Origin: Trichosphaerium sp. ATCC 40318
Lineage: Eukaryota; Protista; Tubulinea
Length of the DNA: 64,000 bases
NCBI GenBank assembly: GCA_038496445.1
Contig: JALMLS010000514.1
Location: 62,001-126,000, forward strand
Reading direction: 5' to 3'
Shown here: positions 39,085 through 51,649 of the stretch, in pieces
How positions within the stretch are numbered: position 1 is the first letter of the stretch
Layout: the number at the start of each line of letters is the position of its first letter
The notes under the pieces: generated by a model
Seen by the model: only the letters and a program-made list of their open reading frames with translations
What the model was told of the DNA's origin: nothing
The model's database searches: none
Made by a program: the position numbers and the translations under genes

Positions 39085-41217
39085 TTACATCAATTGTGTC
39101 GACCATACAAAGGCGACAGTTGCTACAAGTACTGCCAAAAGCAAAAATGGTCCAGCGACCTTAGCAAAGTGGATCAATACGGCTGCAGCGCCAAGGGATT
39201 CGAAGTTGTAACTAAGAAAAATAAGTCAGAAAAAAGAATTCAAAACAAGGGATAAAAAAAAAATTCTCAAATTAAAATCAACATTCATGAAGCGTACCCA
39301 CAACGCCAAACACCTCCATGGAAGGAATGGAACTTGAATAGCTCCAATGGGTTACGTAGAGGAACATCAGCATTTGCAGGAGATTTTTTGTTACGTAGAT
39401 CATGAAGGAGAAGTGCAGACATGACAGCATTGGAAGTATCTTGTTCAAAGATTTCGTATGGCTACTCGAATTATTAGCGCGTAAACAAAAAAGAAGAGAT
39501 AACGTGTTTCTTGTTTTTCTTTCGAAAACATGACGTACCTTAAAGAATGTAATTCCATCGTATACCCAAGCGAATGATTTACGTTGAACAACAGATTTTG
39601 TTGCTGTACTTGGTGCAACGTTACTTGATACAGTGCATCCACTTTCACGTGAAACGATTGCTCTCCAATGTTGAATACGTTTAGATAAGCAGTAGTTAGG
39701 ACCTTGTGGTACGACAAGTCCGTTAACAAAAGAGAATTTCTCTCCGTCTTTTGCTACTACTTGTTTTTCTGTGTTGGATTGGAGCATACCAAACATGCCG
39801 AACAATGGTGATAGTAGGGAAACTGTCAAATAGCGATTAGCAGCTGAAGCTTTTCTGGCTTCATCAGTGATTACATGGCAATCAGTTGGTGTACACAAGA
39901 AAGCAATAGAGGTGTTTTTACGTTCCTCAGCAAGTGCCTATTGAAAGTTAGTACTCCAACAAACAAATGACTGTATATTTTTTCTACGAAGAAAGCTACG
40001 ATGTCGTACCTTAATGATAGCATCACAAGCTACTGTAACACGGAAAAACATTTCACCATTTAGGTATACATAGTTACCAATGGTCAAGTCTTTCTCTGGG
40101 TATACAGAAAGCAACCAGTTCTTAATCTCAGGTGTATGTGTCATCAAGTTACCACCTGCATTTTCGTAAAGTTCCTTATCATCAGCAAGCTCATCTTGAG
40201 GCTTCTTAAGAGGGAAGGTAAGTGTTCCGCGAGATTGACGAGCAGTTGTGATCAAACGCTCCCAAATGAAAGAACGGTCAAGATCGACAGCAATCACATT
40301 AGCACCTAGATAAAAAAAAGAAGGTGAGAACAACAAGAAAACTTCTTTTCAAAAAAAAAATTCAAAAAACTTATTTTACTCACCCCACTCCATAAGTTTC
40401 AAGAATGGTCCCATAGCGGATCCAGCGCCAAGCATTACAAAGTATAGATCAGACATATCAACCCAACCAGGTGTTTTGGCTACCTGTAATAGAAGATTTC
40501 AGAAAACGATTCCAAATTAATAAAAACCGAAAGTGGTGACCGAAATTAATTGTGAATAGCGAGAATACCCGCGCGATGTATTAGCGTAAGCATATAAAAT
40601 AACAAGAGCGCCAAAAAACAGGTTTTAAGTGAAAAACGTTGAAAAAAAAGTTACCTTGATCATAGCATCACCACAATCCTTCTCAATTGTACCGTATTCA
40701 ACCCATTTGTTGATTTGTGCGATCAATTCGTCCTTTGAAATATTCTTGTTTTTGTATGGTACTTCAAGGCATAATTCTAGCCAAATTTGTTAGATTTATA
40801 GGCCCTAGTACAAACGATTTTTTTTGTTGGGTTTTAGTTACGAACTAACGTACTTGGGTCTTTTGCAAGTTTACCACGGACTATACCAGTAGAGAATGAA
40901 CCCTTGATGTCACGCATAGCGTCGACAAACTTGTAGCTCTTTCCTTCACGAATAAATTCAAAGTGGCTGTGAGCAGATGCTAAACCAGCTTTTGCAGCAT
41001 CCAAAGCGCTTTGTGGGCTTTTGAGGGATAGTTTGACGTGTTCCACAACGTATTTAGTGTACTTGTGGCGCCAATTCTTTTCCTTTTGGACACGCTCTGC
41101 TGCTGATTTGTCGAGAGGCTCGAACGCTGCTACCCAAGTAGCTTTGTTAGGAGCGGTACTTCCACGCTTACCACTAGCGTCTTCAAGAAATTGGATGCCT
41201 ACAACTGGTCTCGACAT
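39085..41217 (-). CDS. Conserved uncharacterised Rossmann-like protein with C-terminal TM helix
   Basis: YFVMLGAGSAMGPF..GANVIAVD; QGPNYCLSKRIQHWRA; VSSNVAPSTATKSV; FHGGVWRCGY. Resembles a family I recall from Actinobacteria and protists. Confidence 0.7.
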
Positions 41218-41646
41218 CTAATTTTCTTTAGTTCGGTACAAAATACAAAAAAGGAGGTGAAAACTTGTCAAGCTTTGGGAAAAAGCGCGGAAACTAGTCT
41301 ATAACAAATATACACGTACAGTGCTTGTATAGATTAAAAATACGAACAAAAAGACAAACTACAAAAATGGTTTACCTAAATTGACCTTTTTCAAGCACAA
41401 AAATCCACAATAATGAATAATGAACGCGTAGAGGGTTGGTACTTGCGTAAAATAAAATTCGTTATTCGTTTATTTTATTTCATAATGCTTTGTACAACTT
41501 TTCATTTTTTGGATTCAATTCTGACACGTGACTATCCTCTTTTGGGATAAGAATAGTGTAAAACGTTAGGTGTATACCCAGTGATATCCCAACGGCTGTA
41601 GAAAATAAAAGAGAACATCGCGTGAGTGTGAACGCAAAAGATTTTT

Positions 41647-43004
41647 TTACTTTTGTCGCCTTTTTTTCCATTTTATTTTTCTTGGGTTTCCTCTTCCATC
41701 AAAGCTCAATACTTCAATGTCTTTGGCGTGTTTGGTTGTCATTATATTATGTTTCTTTTCTAATTTAGCCAACAAGTGATCTAAAGATTTTTTATGCTTA
41801 AGAGCCTGTGCTAAAGCCTAGGAAAAATTAATTGAATATATTGCAAAAAAAAAACCAAGTTGATCAAAAGTACGCACTTCGTATGACTCTTTACTTTCTT
41901 GTTGCATCTCTGCAAGTTCATCTGCTGTGTATTTACCAGGATTTACAAGAAGAGATCCTACAAAGAGATTTTAGTCTCAAACGGCGTTGATAGAAAGTAG
42001 TAAAAAAAAAAAAAAAATCTTTGAACTTGCAAAAATACTTGGTTGAACAACGATCAAATGCAAGTAGTTTAACGTAAGCGGTAATAATAATATATGTTTA
42101 TCTCATGCGTAATATAAATTTATAAATTAACCTATTTCAGCCCAGTTGTGTTGGGTTTTATCCAATAAAAAAAAACTTAGTTTTTTTTGAAATCAAATTG
42201 TACCATTAGTTATTTGATCGTATGTAGGCCTATTATATGCGCGTCCCATCAATGCAATAGGTGTATTGAAATCTTTTTCAGCATCATACGTCTGTCTGTC
42301 ATCCTCAGAATCTACAAAAAACAAAGAAAACGTCAAAATCAAATTTTTTTGTTGATTTTGCATTGATTTCGATTACAGCTGTCTTTTCTTAGGTTCAAAC
42401 TATTCTCATTTGCTTTAAAAATATTCGTACCTACGAATACTACATGTGTTTTGGCTATCTCTGCAGCTGACTTTTCAGCAATCATGTGTTTTGTTTCACG
42501 TATTTTTTCAATCCGCTAAAGGCGTTTTGAGCGTTGTTTATTTATTAGGCGGGGTAATAGCGTACCTTTATGACTCGCTGGCGAACAGTACGGACGAGGT
42601 TAATATCGTAGGAATTCAATTTCACTTTTTCTTCGTCGTTGTACTCTAATTTATCTGGTAGCTCGTAATGCAGTCCTCCCTTTTAACGGTAGTAAGAATT
42701 AACCATTTTCTTGATTTAATAATACTTACAACGCGTCTAGAGTTTATCATATGGTGGTAGAACTCATCCAAGTTTCTTAGAGCCACCGATGTGAGGATTT
42801 TGCGCTTTTTCTCTCTTTTGTCATGCTATGTATCAAATTAGCGCCAACGCCATCTAACGCCATAAAGATACGTACTTCAAGCTTTTTACGTTTCTTAAAG
42901 CCTCTTCTTCTCTCAAGTGGTCCAAGACCCTTTCTACTCTCTATCTGGGAACGTTCTTTATATCTACTACGCGCCCGTTCAGTTCTATTGCGGAAGCTTG
43001 ACAT
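41647..43004 (-). CDS. UTP11: U3 snoRNP-associated protein 11 (SSU processome)
   Basis: MSSFRN..YKERSQIESRKGLGPLE..RNLDEFYHHMINSRRVGGLH..KLNSYD.. and C-terminal KIKWKKRRQK*, all typical of Utp11. Confidence 0.85.
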
Positions 43005-43075
43005 TCTTGAGTTTAATGTATTTTGTAGATCTTCACTTAAACGCTTTGTCCACATGTCAAACACAACATGTTTAA

Positions 43076-43124
43076 AGAATCTCATGCCCCGTAAGCACGC
43101 GCCTTACCATTGGGCCAACGCGGC
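43076..43124 (-). pseudogene. 3'-truncated tRNA-Arg(ACG) copy
   Basis: Identical to the tRNA 5' portion through the variable loop; lacks the T loop (B box) and 3' acceptor strand. Confidence 0.9.
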
Positions 43125-43229
43125 GACTAACTTGTTGAAGAGACAGAAACGTCCTGGATTGATTAATTCCGATGTTCGTATTCCAGCGTTTTTTTGATTA
43201 CGCTTCTAAGCCGCTGGGTACCATGAGTG

Positions 43230-43585
43230 CAACATACCTCAATGCTTGTGTTCAGCATGTAGACTTGAGTACATACGCTACGAAATTGTTGGAAGCCGTT
43301 TCCGCTCTTTGTGCCAAGCGAAAATGGTGCCATTAATATAAAAGGTCAACACTACTTACAACAATGAGTTGGATGCAGACAATAGCCAAAAGTATAGTAA
43401 CAAGTTCAAAAATTGGTGACAAAGGCAAATTGGAAAAGCAAGTCTACGGGTAATTGAGAGATCATTACGCATGTGTCAATGACAATAGATAGAATGGCCA
43501 GTTGTTTGAGCACTCCAACTATCAACTGTACACAGAGTACACGTCTTGGCATTACAATGGCCAATTGAGATGAAAAGGCAATAAC
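43230..43585 (+). pseudogene. Decayed MORN-variant repeat gene fragment
   Basis: Relic motifs NGQLFEHSNY and YTEYTSWHYNGQLR* interrupted by stops. Confidence 0.45.
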
Positions 43586-43738
43586 CTGTTTGCTAAGCTA
43601 AACAAGTAATACCAACAAAAATAATCTAAAAAACGTACTAGCTTAAGTAGATTCACAGAACTACAACAAAAAAACGCTGGAATACGAACATCGGAATTAA
43701 TCAATCCAGGACGTTTCTGTCTCTTCAACAAGTTAGTC

Positions 43739-43810
43739 GCCGCGTTGGCCCAATGGTAAGGCGCGTGCTTACGGGGCATGAGATTCTGGGTTCGAGCCCC
43801 AGGCGTGGCT
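43739..43810 (+). tRNA. tRNA-Arg (anticodon ACG)
   Basis: Cloverleaf: acceptor GCCGCGT/GCGTGGC, D arm, anticodon arm CGTGC-TTACGGG-GCATG, T arm CTGGG-TTCGAGC-CCCAG. Confidence 0.95.
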
Positions 43811-43997
43811 AATAATAGATTTTGTACAAAAATAGATTGTTTTGCTATTTTAGGAATACGAGCGTTTTTATGTTACTTGTACATATCTATATATTTTGCG
43901 ACCTACGATTACAACTATTGGAGATTGGTTTTTGACTTAAGTCATAGAAAATCCTGTAGAAAAGTCTTTTTGAAGCCAGCAATACCTACAACGCCGA

Positions 43998-45937
43998 ATG
44001 CGCTTTTTTTGTGCTTTATTGTTTTTTGTTGTTGTCAGTAGCGCCGTATTGAAGCCGTTTGAAGGACAGAGTGTTATAAAAGTATCCTCAAGCAACAGCT
44101 CATCAACTGCGTCTCTTTTGGATATTATAATGAAGGAGAACATTGATGTGTGGTCTCCTACGCTTAACCACGTGCGAGGTACCTCAACAAACAATATATT
44201 TTCGTAATTGATCTTTCTAGTCACTCAAAAATCACGTGATATGCTACAATCGATGGGGTTCGAGACAAGCACAATAATCGCTGATTTACAAAAGGCGATA
44301 GATGATTTTGAAGCAGATAAGATTCACGTGCGCCCAATTATTTTGTTAGCTGACAAGTGAATTAACTAATTCACGTACTGTTTTAGAGTAGGGAAAATGC
44401 TGATGACTTCTTTGACGCTTATCATCCTTTTGATGAGATCATAATTTGGTTAGAGAAAATGGCCGGACAGTTCAGCGAGATTGCAAACTTGGAACGTGTT
44501 GGTACTGTACTGCAATGTTGCCTCCGGTTGATTTACTACTAGGACAATCCCATGAAAACCGCGTTATCGAGAGCATAGTCATACACGGAACGGATCAACC
44601 GTCTGACGTTCCAGGCACGTCTTATTAACTCGCGTTTTTTTTAAGGATGTATCGAACTGATAGTGGTTTTTTTCAGCGATTGTATTTACTGGTGGACAAC
44701 ATGCTCGCGAGTGGATATCACCAATAACTACTCTTTATATCATTAAAGAACTTTGTGAGGGATATGGTAACGATCCAGTAATCACAAACCTTGTTGACAG
44801 TGTACGTTGTCACTTTTGAAAAAAAATAGCCAATCACGTCCACAAGGACCCTTTGAGTAAATCAAAAAACGTATTTTCCCTTTAAATATGGAACGCTAGT
44901 TTTTGTGTGCTAAACATAATGCACGTGTCCAACCTCCATAGATTTAGTTCAAGAAAAAACAAAAAAAACTTATGCTTTTACTAAACGCTTCTAGATTCAA
45001 TGGGTTATCATTCCAGTGGCAAACCCTGATGGTTATAGCTATACATGGAATTCATCATCTACTAGACTTTGGAGAAAGAACAGAGAACCTACTTCTAACC
45101 CAAGCTGTTTTGGTAAGTTTTTTCACCGTTTATTTGTTTTCGGCTTTGAAAATCTTACCTTGTCTTAAGGTGTTGATATCAATCGTAACTGGCCATACAG
45201 ATGGAATACAGGCGGATCTAGCAGCAATCCTTGCTCTGATACCTACCACGGTAATTAATTATTCCGCAGTTTTGAGCAAAACTTTGTATCGTGTTGACAC
45301 GTGCCAGTTTTTTTTCATGGCTGTTATAGCCGTGTTAAACAGTTGACTGTCAATCAACTGACTTTAAAGTCGATTCAAAATTTACTTGTGTTTTAAAAAA
45401 ACGTGATCATTCTATTACAATCTAAAACTATCTTTAGGACCAAGCGGTGGATCTACAAATGAGATTAAAGCGTTAACTGATATGATAAAAAGTAGACCAA
45501 ATACAAGAGGTTATATTGACTTTCACGCATACTCTCAGCTTTACATGAGCCCATGGGGTTACTCACGTACATACCCTAATGACTACAGTGCAATGAAAAC
45601 ATCAATGGATCAATCTGTTGCAGCTATAAGAACAGTACACGGTAAAATCTACAGAGCAGGTACAACAAAAGTTGTGAAACTAACGAAAAATTACCACTTG
45701 TTTGTTCAGTTACTTACTTTCTACATAACAGGGAGCATCGCTAATATCATCTATGTCGCTTCTGGTGGATCTGTTGATTGGACTTATGGTGAACTTGGTA
45801 TCGTATACTCATTTGGTATTGAGCTCCGTGATACCGGTACTTACGGTTTCCTTCTACCTGCGAATCAAATTATACCTCAAGGAGAAGAAATTATGCCTTC
45901 AGTTATAAGTTTCGCTCAAGATATTCTTGAAGAATAA
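43998..45937 (+). CDS. Zinc carboxypeptidase, M14A family, with propeptide
   Basis: Signal peptide; GQHAREW, NPDGY, WRKNR, DINRNW, DFHAYSQ, IYVASGGSVDW, ELRDTG; one GC-AG intron at 44615. Confidence 0.95.
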
Positions 45938-46144
45938 ATACCAAACACCCCTCACTTACACCTTGTCTCGTTGTGGATTGACAACGTAATTTCAAAGGCG
46001 TTCATACATATGAAAGAACAGATTTACATTTTCTTTTTTACAAACACTAACGCTTAACAGTGGTTCGGAACTAATTTGCCCGAATCAGGTATTTTCCTAC
46101 CAAAAACTTCGGAGGATTTTAGAAAGCTCCACCGATAAAACATA

Positions 46145-47649
46145 ATGACAAAACCAACGTTAAACGCAAGTATCTGGTTCGATAAACTCTCTGATGGCAC
46201 AATCGCATCTGTTGGCGATGTATTTAGCCAAGAGTTTGTAGTTGTACAACCAACGTATTGTACGCTCTCACAACCCTTCAACATGCAATGCGCAACGTAT
46301 GCAGCCCAGTTTCTCCGCCAAAGGTTTCCAGAACTTAACAGAACAGAGTTTGTTTGTCTAAGCAAGATCTGTCGCTTCGACAGGGTATTACAACCAGAAG
46401 CAAAGGCTGTAAGCGCATTGGAAAGTTATTTATCAAAATCTTACCAGAATAGGCTAAGGCGGTCCGTTTGGAGCACTTCGACCATGAAACAGAACAAGAG
46501 CTCAAAAAAGCTGTTGAAACTGAAGTTTTAGATGATATTAATGGTCACCCAACAGAGCTAGGACTTCTTCAATGGAAGGTAAATGGAAAACTATTCACTT
46601 AAACTTTCCGCTTATTTATTCGCTCTTAGATATCATTCCACACAACCCCAAAAGGTGATAAGACGTCTCTATGTATTGTCATTTCTTGTAGCCACAATCA
46701 CGTGGATGGCGTGTCTATTCAAAAACTCACAGGATACTTTCTTTCGGCGTATGTGAAATCACTTCAATCTCCAGAGTCGCCACTTCCTAAACCAGAGAGA
46801 CTTCCCTTATACTCCTTTCTACCTCAAGAACATGTCAAATTATCAGTATGGAAACGTGCACTCAACAAATCAATTGGTGGCGTAGCAGCAAGAGGCGTAA
46901 GTTACCTACAACCGAAATGTCCTTGGTACAAGAAAAACGTTGTAAAGGAAGGATACAGACATCATATTGTGACGCACACAGTACCAGCCCAAAAGGTTAA
47001 GGAATTATTGAAAAAGTGCCGCTCCAGGAAACTCACAATAGGCACTGCACTACACGCGTGCATGTTCTACAATACAGCAAAAGCGTACTATGCAAGCGAA
47101 GGATCTAAAAACAAGTGGTCACTTCAAATCGGATTAAGCAAGAATATGAGACCTTACCTCGACCCTCCTCTCCCTCCTACAGTCATTGCACCTCAACAAG
47201 GAGGTGTAGACGTTATTTTTAATTCTATAAGAGGAGACGAATCACTTGAAGGAGAAGAAAAAAGTGAGAAAATATGGGAATGGGCTTCACATTCTAGAAA
47301 AACACTTTTAGATTCTAAGCCTATGGATGCACTTGCCCATGATCTATTACTCGCTTATATGATCCGTGACCATCATAGCAAGTTGGTGGGTTTAGAATAC
47401 TTTGGTGACATGTGGTTTTCAAACGTAGGCCTTTTCACACCACCTCCAGAGGTGGCTGATGCCGGCATTACAATCGAATCCACTTACACTGGAAATATTC
47501 CAATCAAGCCAGCGTATGATCTTCTCTGGAGTAATACAGTTAAGGGAGGTGATATGGTTTTGTCAATGGCTGTTGATACAACTGTAAGAAATTTGAAGGG
47601 TGCACAATCTTTCCTTGACGATGTTGCGAGAACCATTGATGTGTTGTAG
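46145..47649 (+). CDS. CoA-dependent acyltransferase (alcohol acetyltransferase/condensation-domain-like)
   Basis: HNHVDGVS (HxxxDG motif), LLKKCRSRKLTIGTALHA, NMRPYLDPP, FSNVG; two introns. Confidence 0.78.
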
Positions 47650-48141
47650 ACTACGTTTCAAAAACAGAATAAATTGCTTCAAAAAAATATTAAGCCACAT
47701 GGTTTTTGCCTTATGTTTTGGCTGAAGCAAGTTCCTGCTTATTGCCCGATCTGGTTAAGGCAACATTAGCTTTGTAAGGCATATACGTACCTACCATAAC
47801 TCCTGAAGGGTAACAAAATAAACAAGTATGAATGTAGTAACATTATTTACCTTAGTTTAGGTACTTGGAACTAACCGTGTTGCGTTTCGTTATTGTATTT
47901 AGATATCAAACACGCCATCAGTAGTTTGATAGCGTTTAATCCTCTTGTACGTACAAACATAACATTTAAGACTAAAACCATTCGTACACGACTATTTTAA
48001 TGAAAACCAAGGTTCTAGTTCGTTTTAACAGCAAATCTACTTTAGAAATAACACAATTTGGTGTACTTTCATCTTGGCGAGTAACAAGCTGTAACGGCCC
48101 TAAAAATCGTATTAGTTGTTTAGTTTGGGGACTGCGGCGTG

Positions 48142-48891
48142 ATGGAAAAAAAAGTCAAGAAAGAGAACAAGTTATCTTTGACTTTACTTGATATTCCACG
48201 TGAACTTCAAAAGTATATTTGCACCTTCAATGTTGAAGCTTTCACAAAATTCCATACACTTTCAAAAAGAGCAGCAATCAATACACATTTTGATGAACAA
48301 TTACAAAGAGATGGAAAATGGATAAAATGGTATAAAAGTGGGAAGGTACAAAAGTATATTTATGCAAAGAATGGACTGTGTACAGGGTTTTATGAGAGTG
48401 GTAAAATAGAAGCACAATTTATGCAAGTCAATGGTAAGCACAATGGTGAACAAAAAATGTGGTATGAAACTGGAGAACTTAAGTCACAAAGTATGTGGGT
48501 TGATGATAAAGCTTGTGGTGAAAGTAAAACATGGTACAAGAATGGTCAACTTGCAGTACAATGTACGCTGCTTGATGATAAACACATTGGTGAGCAAACA
48601 GAATGGTATGAAAATGGACAAATTGAAGCAACAAGCACATGGATTGATAATAAACAACATGGTGAAACTAAGACATGGTACAAGAGTGGTAAACTTGAGG
48701 TGCAAGCCGTTTATGTTAAAGGTAAACAACATGGTGAATGTAAAGAGTGGTATGAAAATGGACAAATTAAGTCACAAAGCATGTGGGTTGATGGGAAGCA
48801 ACACGGTGAACAAAAAGAGTGGTATGAAAATGGACAACTTAAGTCACAAAGCATGTGGGTTGAGGGCAAACAAAGCGTGACCCATGATTAG
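48142..48891 (+). CDS. F-box-like + MORN-variant (YwqK-like) repeat protein, intronless
   Basis: LLDIPRELQKYICTF followed by 24-aa repeats HGExKxWYENGQL. Confidence 0.85.
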   Translation: MEKKVKKENKLSLTLLDIPRELQKYICTFNVEAFTKFHTLSKRAAINTHFDEQLQRDGKWIKWYKSGKVQKYIYAKNGLCTGFYESGKIEAQFMQVNGKHNGEQKMWYETGELKSQSMWVDDKACGESKTWYKNGQLAVQCTLLDDKHIGEQTEWYENGQIEATSTWIDNKQHGETKTWYKSGKLEVQAVYVKGKQHGECKEWYENGQIKSQSMWVDGKQHGEQKEWYENGQLKSQSMWVEGKQSVTHD

Positions 48892-48987
48892 TAATGTACT
48901 CACAATAACTCTTTTAAGTACTTCTTTGAAGTCATTATAGCATGAATTGAAAAAACAGTGTGGTTAATGACTTATTTGTTTATTATT

Positions 48988-50057
48988 TTACTCATCTTTT
49001 GGTTTTACTTTTTTAGTCGCATTTTTTTCACATAACAACTTTACTATGATTTTATAAAGCCAATACACTTGCATTACGTATAATCCATATAAGAAATAAC
49101 TAGCCTTTGTATACTCTAATTTTTCCCATTCTTCAGGGTAGTATGTCGCAGCAATATAAAGAATAATAGGATAAAAAATGACACGTGTTGCTATAAACGT
49201 TAAAATAAACATTCCCGAAACAAGTTCTTGAAAGAATCCTTTCAAACCGGCTTTTAACAATAGCCAACGTAGTGTTAAGAACACAGTGGATAGTTCTATA
49301 ATAATATATCCACCAATCATTCTCTCAGCAGTTTTGGTGACCAGAGTGCCAACTAAGAAAACGAGTAAGTTTACAATTTTTTACAAAAAAAAGCAGTTGA
49401 CGGTTTTGTCTTGTGTTCGCTGTCAAAAACGCGAATTCGTTTTCTCGTACGTATAAGACCAATAGCTAGTATATGGTGCATAGCTTCAGATGGATGTATT
49501 AACCAGTCTTTTCGTGTTGCGTAGAAATCATGTAAAAAGTAACCGCCAATAAAAGCAACTACAGTCAAACTACCACGTGCTTCGAAGCTTCTTTGTTGAT
49601 ACGTAATAACAAGAGACCATATTGAATACGCTAAAAAAAGTAAGCAATAAACTGAACAGTTAACGCAAAACGCGCAATGACAAAAAAATCACGTGCGCGA
49701 AACGCCTTTTTGCGCGTTGGTAGAGCCGGGAAAATTATTTTATCCAAAAAAAAATGGTCTTCTGAAAAAACCAAAAACTACAATCCTCGGAACTGTTTTG
49801 AGTTGCTTGTAATGCGTACTTGATACAACGATCGACGTAATGAACGATAGTACATACCCACAAGCGCGTACTATCGTTATTTTATTTCCCCCAAAAGCTT
49901 TGAAGGCAGTAAACGTCTGATGAAGAATAATCGACAGAACAAAGTTTGCGAGAAAAGAGGAAAGTAAAACACCTCCCCAGAACTTTAGTTCTTCCTCATT
50001 TGCAAATTCAGTCTTATAAGAAGCTGATACAGCTTCAACAGCTTGAGCAGATGCCAT
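48988..50057 (-). CDS. TLC (TRAM/LAG1/CLN8) domain membrane protein
   Basis: GYFLHDF, MHHIL, IELSTVFLTLRW, FIATRVI, MQVYWLYKI. Confidence 0.88.
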
Positions 50058-50305
50058 TGCAGAAAATTATAGATAACTGTGGGTGACATGTGCCATTTTA
50101 AGTTGACTTAAGTCAATTGAGTACAGTTTTCTGAAGTTAGTTGCGGTGGTGTTAAACGAAAGAGTGATACTGATTTCTGAATATACTTTTTTTTTTTATT
50201 GACAAGAGTGGTCCCATTTGAAAATTTTCAGATCGCGTTCTGATATGGAATAACAACTTGTTTAACACGTGATTGTATTGCCATGAGTATACTTTAATAG
50301 GTTCT

Positions 50306-51513
50306 TCACTCTTTCTTGCTCTTTGAACCCAGCTTTCTAGATCTTTGTTTCCACATATTAATGAGTAACATCAAAGCAACTACAAAGAGAGTTAGCGACG
50401 CCAACAATTTCGAAAAAAAAATCACAAGGGCCCTGGTTTTTTTTTAATCTTTGCCAGCGTCTCCAGAATATCTGGGTTCTTGTCTAGGCGTTAACGAGAA
50501 CGTACACATTGGGTGTAATACAACAAGTGCCCAAACGAAATAATAAAGCCCATTAGATGGTTGAGAGAGAAACGGTTTTGCTTTCACAACTTCGAGGCTC
50601 TTGTAATTAATAAGCCCTAAACTCACGATGAATACGCTTTATATACGCGTGTATAGTATACATACATTCAGCTGAAAGGCCTATTGGGTATAAAACAATA
50701 AAAGCAGAGTATCTAAATGTAAAGTGTGAGAAATTTTGCGAAAAAACAAGAAAAACTTTACACTGTTTTACAACTGGCAAAGAAAATGTTGTATCGTACC
50801 TGAGCCAATGTAAAAAGTACGGCACTAGCTCTACCTCATTACAGATATAATAAGGATACCGTATTACCTCGCTCATGGAGTAAGTAATCAAAAGAACCGC
50901 AGTAACTGGATCTTGTTGTAACTACAATTTTTTGTAAGACACGTGTCATTTTTTTTTTTGGTTAGTTTGACATTAACGTGCCGATGTGTAAGCTGGCAGT
51001 AAGCCTAGAATGAACCACAGGCGACCGATCGTTTGTAGTACTACAGGACCCACTTTGGATGATGTTATACCTAGCTGTTGTTAGCTTTGGCGCCTTTTGA
51101 AGTAAAAAGGCCCAAAAGAAATTTTTCGAGGCTGATTGTAGTTTAACGCTAATAAAAGCGTACCTAAGACAGCATGGACTACTTCTAGAAGCGCTAATGT
51201 TTGAAAGAAACCTGACACCGAAATAAATACATCTGAAAATGCTTAAAAATGCTTATTTACGTATTAGAGGGTATGTTTCGGCGTATAGGTGTACATAAAA
51301 TTGTTCGCCATGCTTAATAGCACAGCATACAATAAAATACAGAAAAGCGCTTTAAAAACATCAGTAGAGTTATTTACAATAAGAAACAGGTGATTTCGCT
51401 GAAAATAATACTAACCTCCATCCAATCGCTTGTATACCGTTATAGAATATGAAATACATACCCTTTAGTGGGTTCTTTTTCATATGCCCATCGGTTGAGG
51501 TTGATTGCTGCAT
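50306..51513 (-). CDS. HACD: Very-long-chain 3-hydroxyacyl-CoA dehydratase (PTPLA/PHS1 family)
   Basis: YFIFYNGIQAIGW, FQTLALLEVVHAVLG, SEVIRYPYY, WLRYSAFIVLYPIG..E; C-terminal KSKKE ER-retrieval-like end. Confidence 0.9.
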
Positions 51514-51649
51514 CACGCTCGTTGAAACGATGGTTTTCGGCCTTAAATTAGTTCGCTAAAATTATTTATTTATGTCAACGTGATTCCCGCTTAGGTGATT
51601 CGCACTTAACAAGCCGAAAATCAACAAATAAACACAAAAGTACGCAACC

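Larger units (their letters stand above)
43076..43787. repeat. 121-bp inverted repeat (arms 43076-43196 and 43667-43787)
   Basis: The arms are exact reverse complements on manual comparison; each has 72 nt of tRNA upstream flank plus the first 49 nt of tRNA-Arg. Confidence 0.95.

Noticed and set aside
41480-41671. Apparent frameshifted extension of UTP11
   Set aside because: UTP11 ends normally at KWKKRRQK* (41647); this ORF is an overlapping frame in the 3' UTR.
42823-43779. ORFs 42823..43197 and 43552..43779 sharing MPRKHAPYHW..
   Set aside because: They are antisense readings of the tRNA-containing inverted repeat and UTP11, not duplicated protein genes.
46145-51513. Lipid gene cluster (acyltransferase, TLC, HACD)
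   Set aside because: Interrupted by an unrelated gene, mixed orientation and common housekeeping families; adjacency is probably chance.
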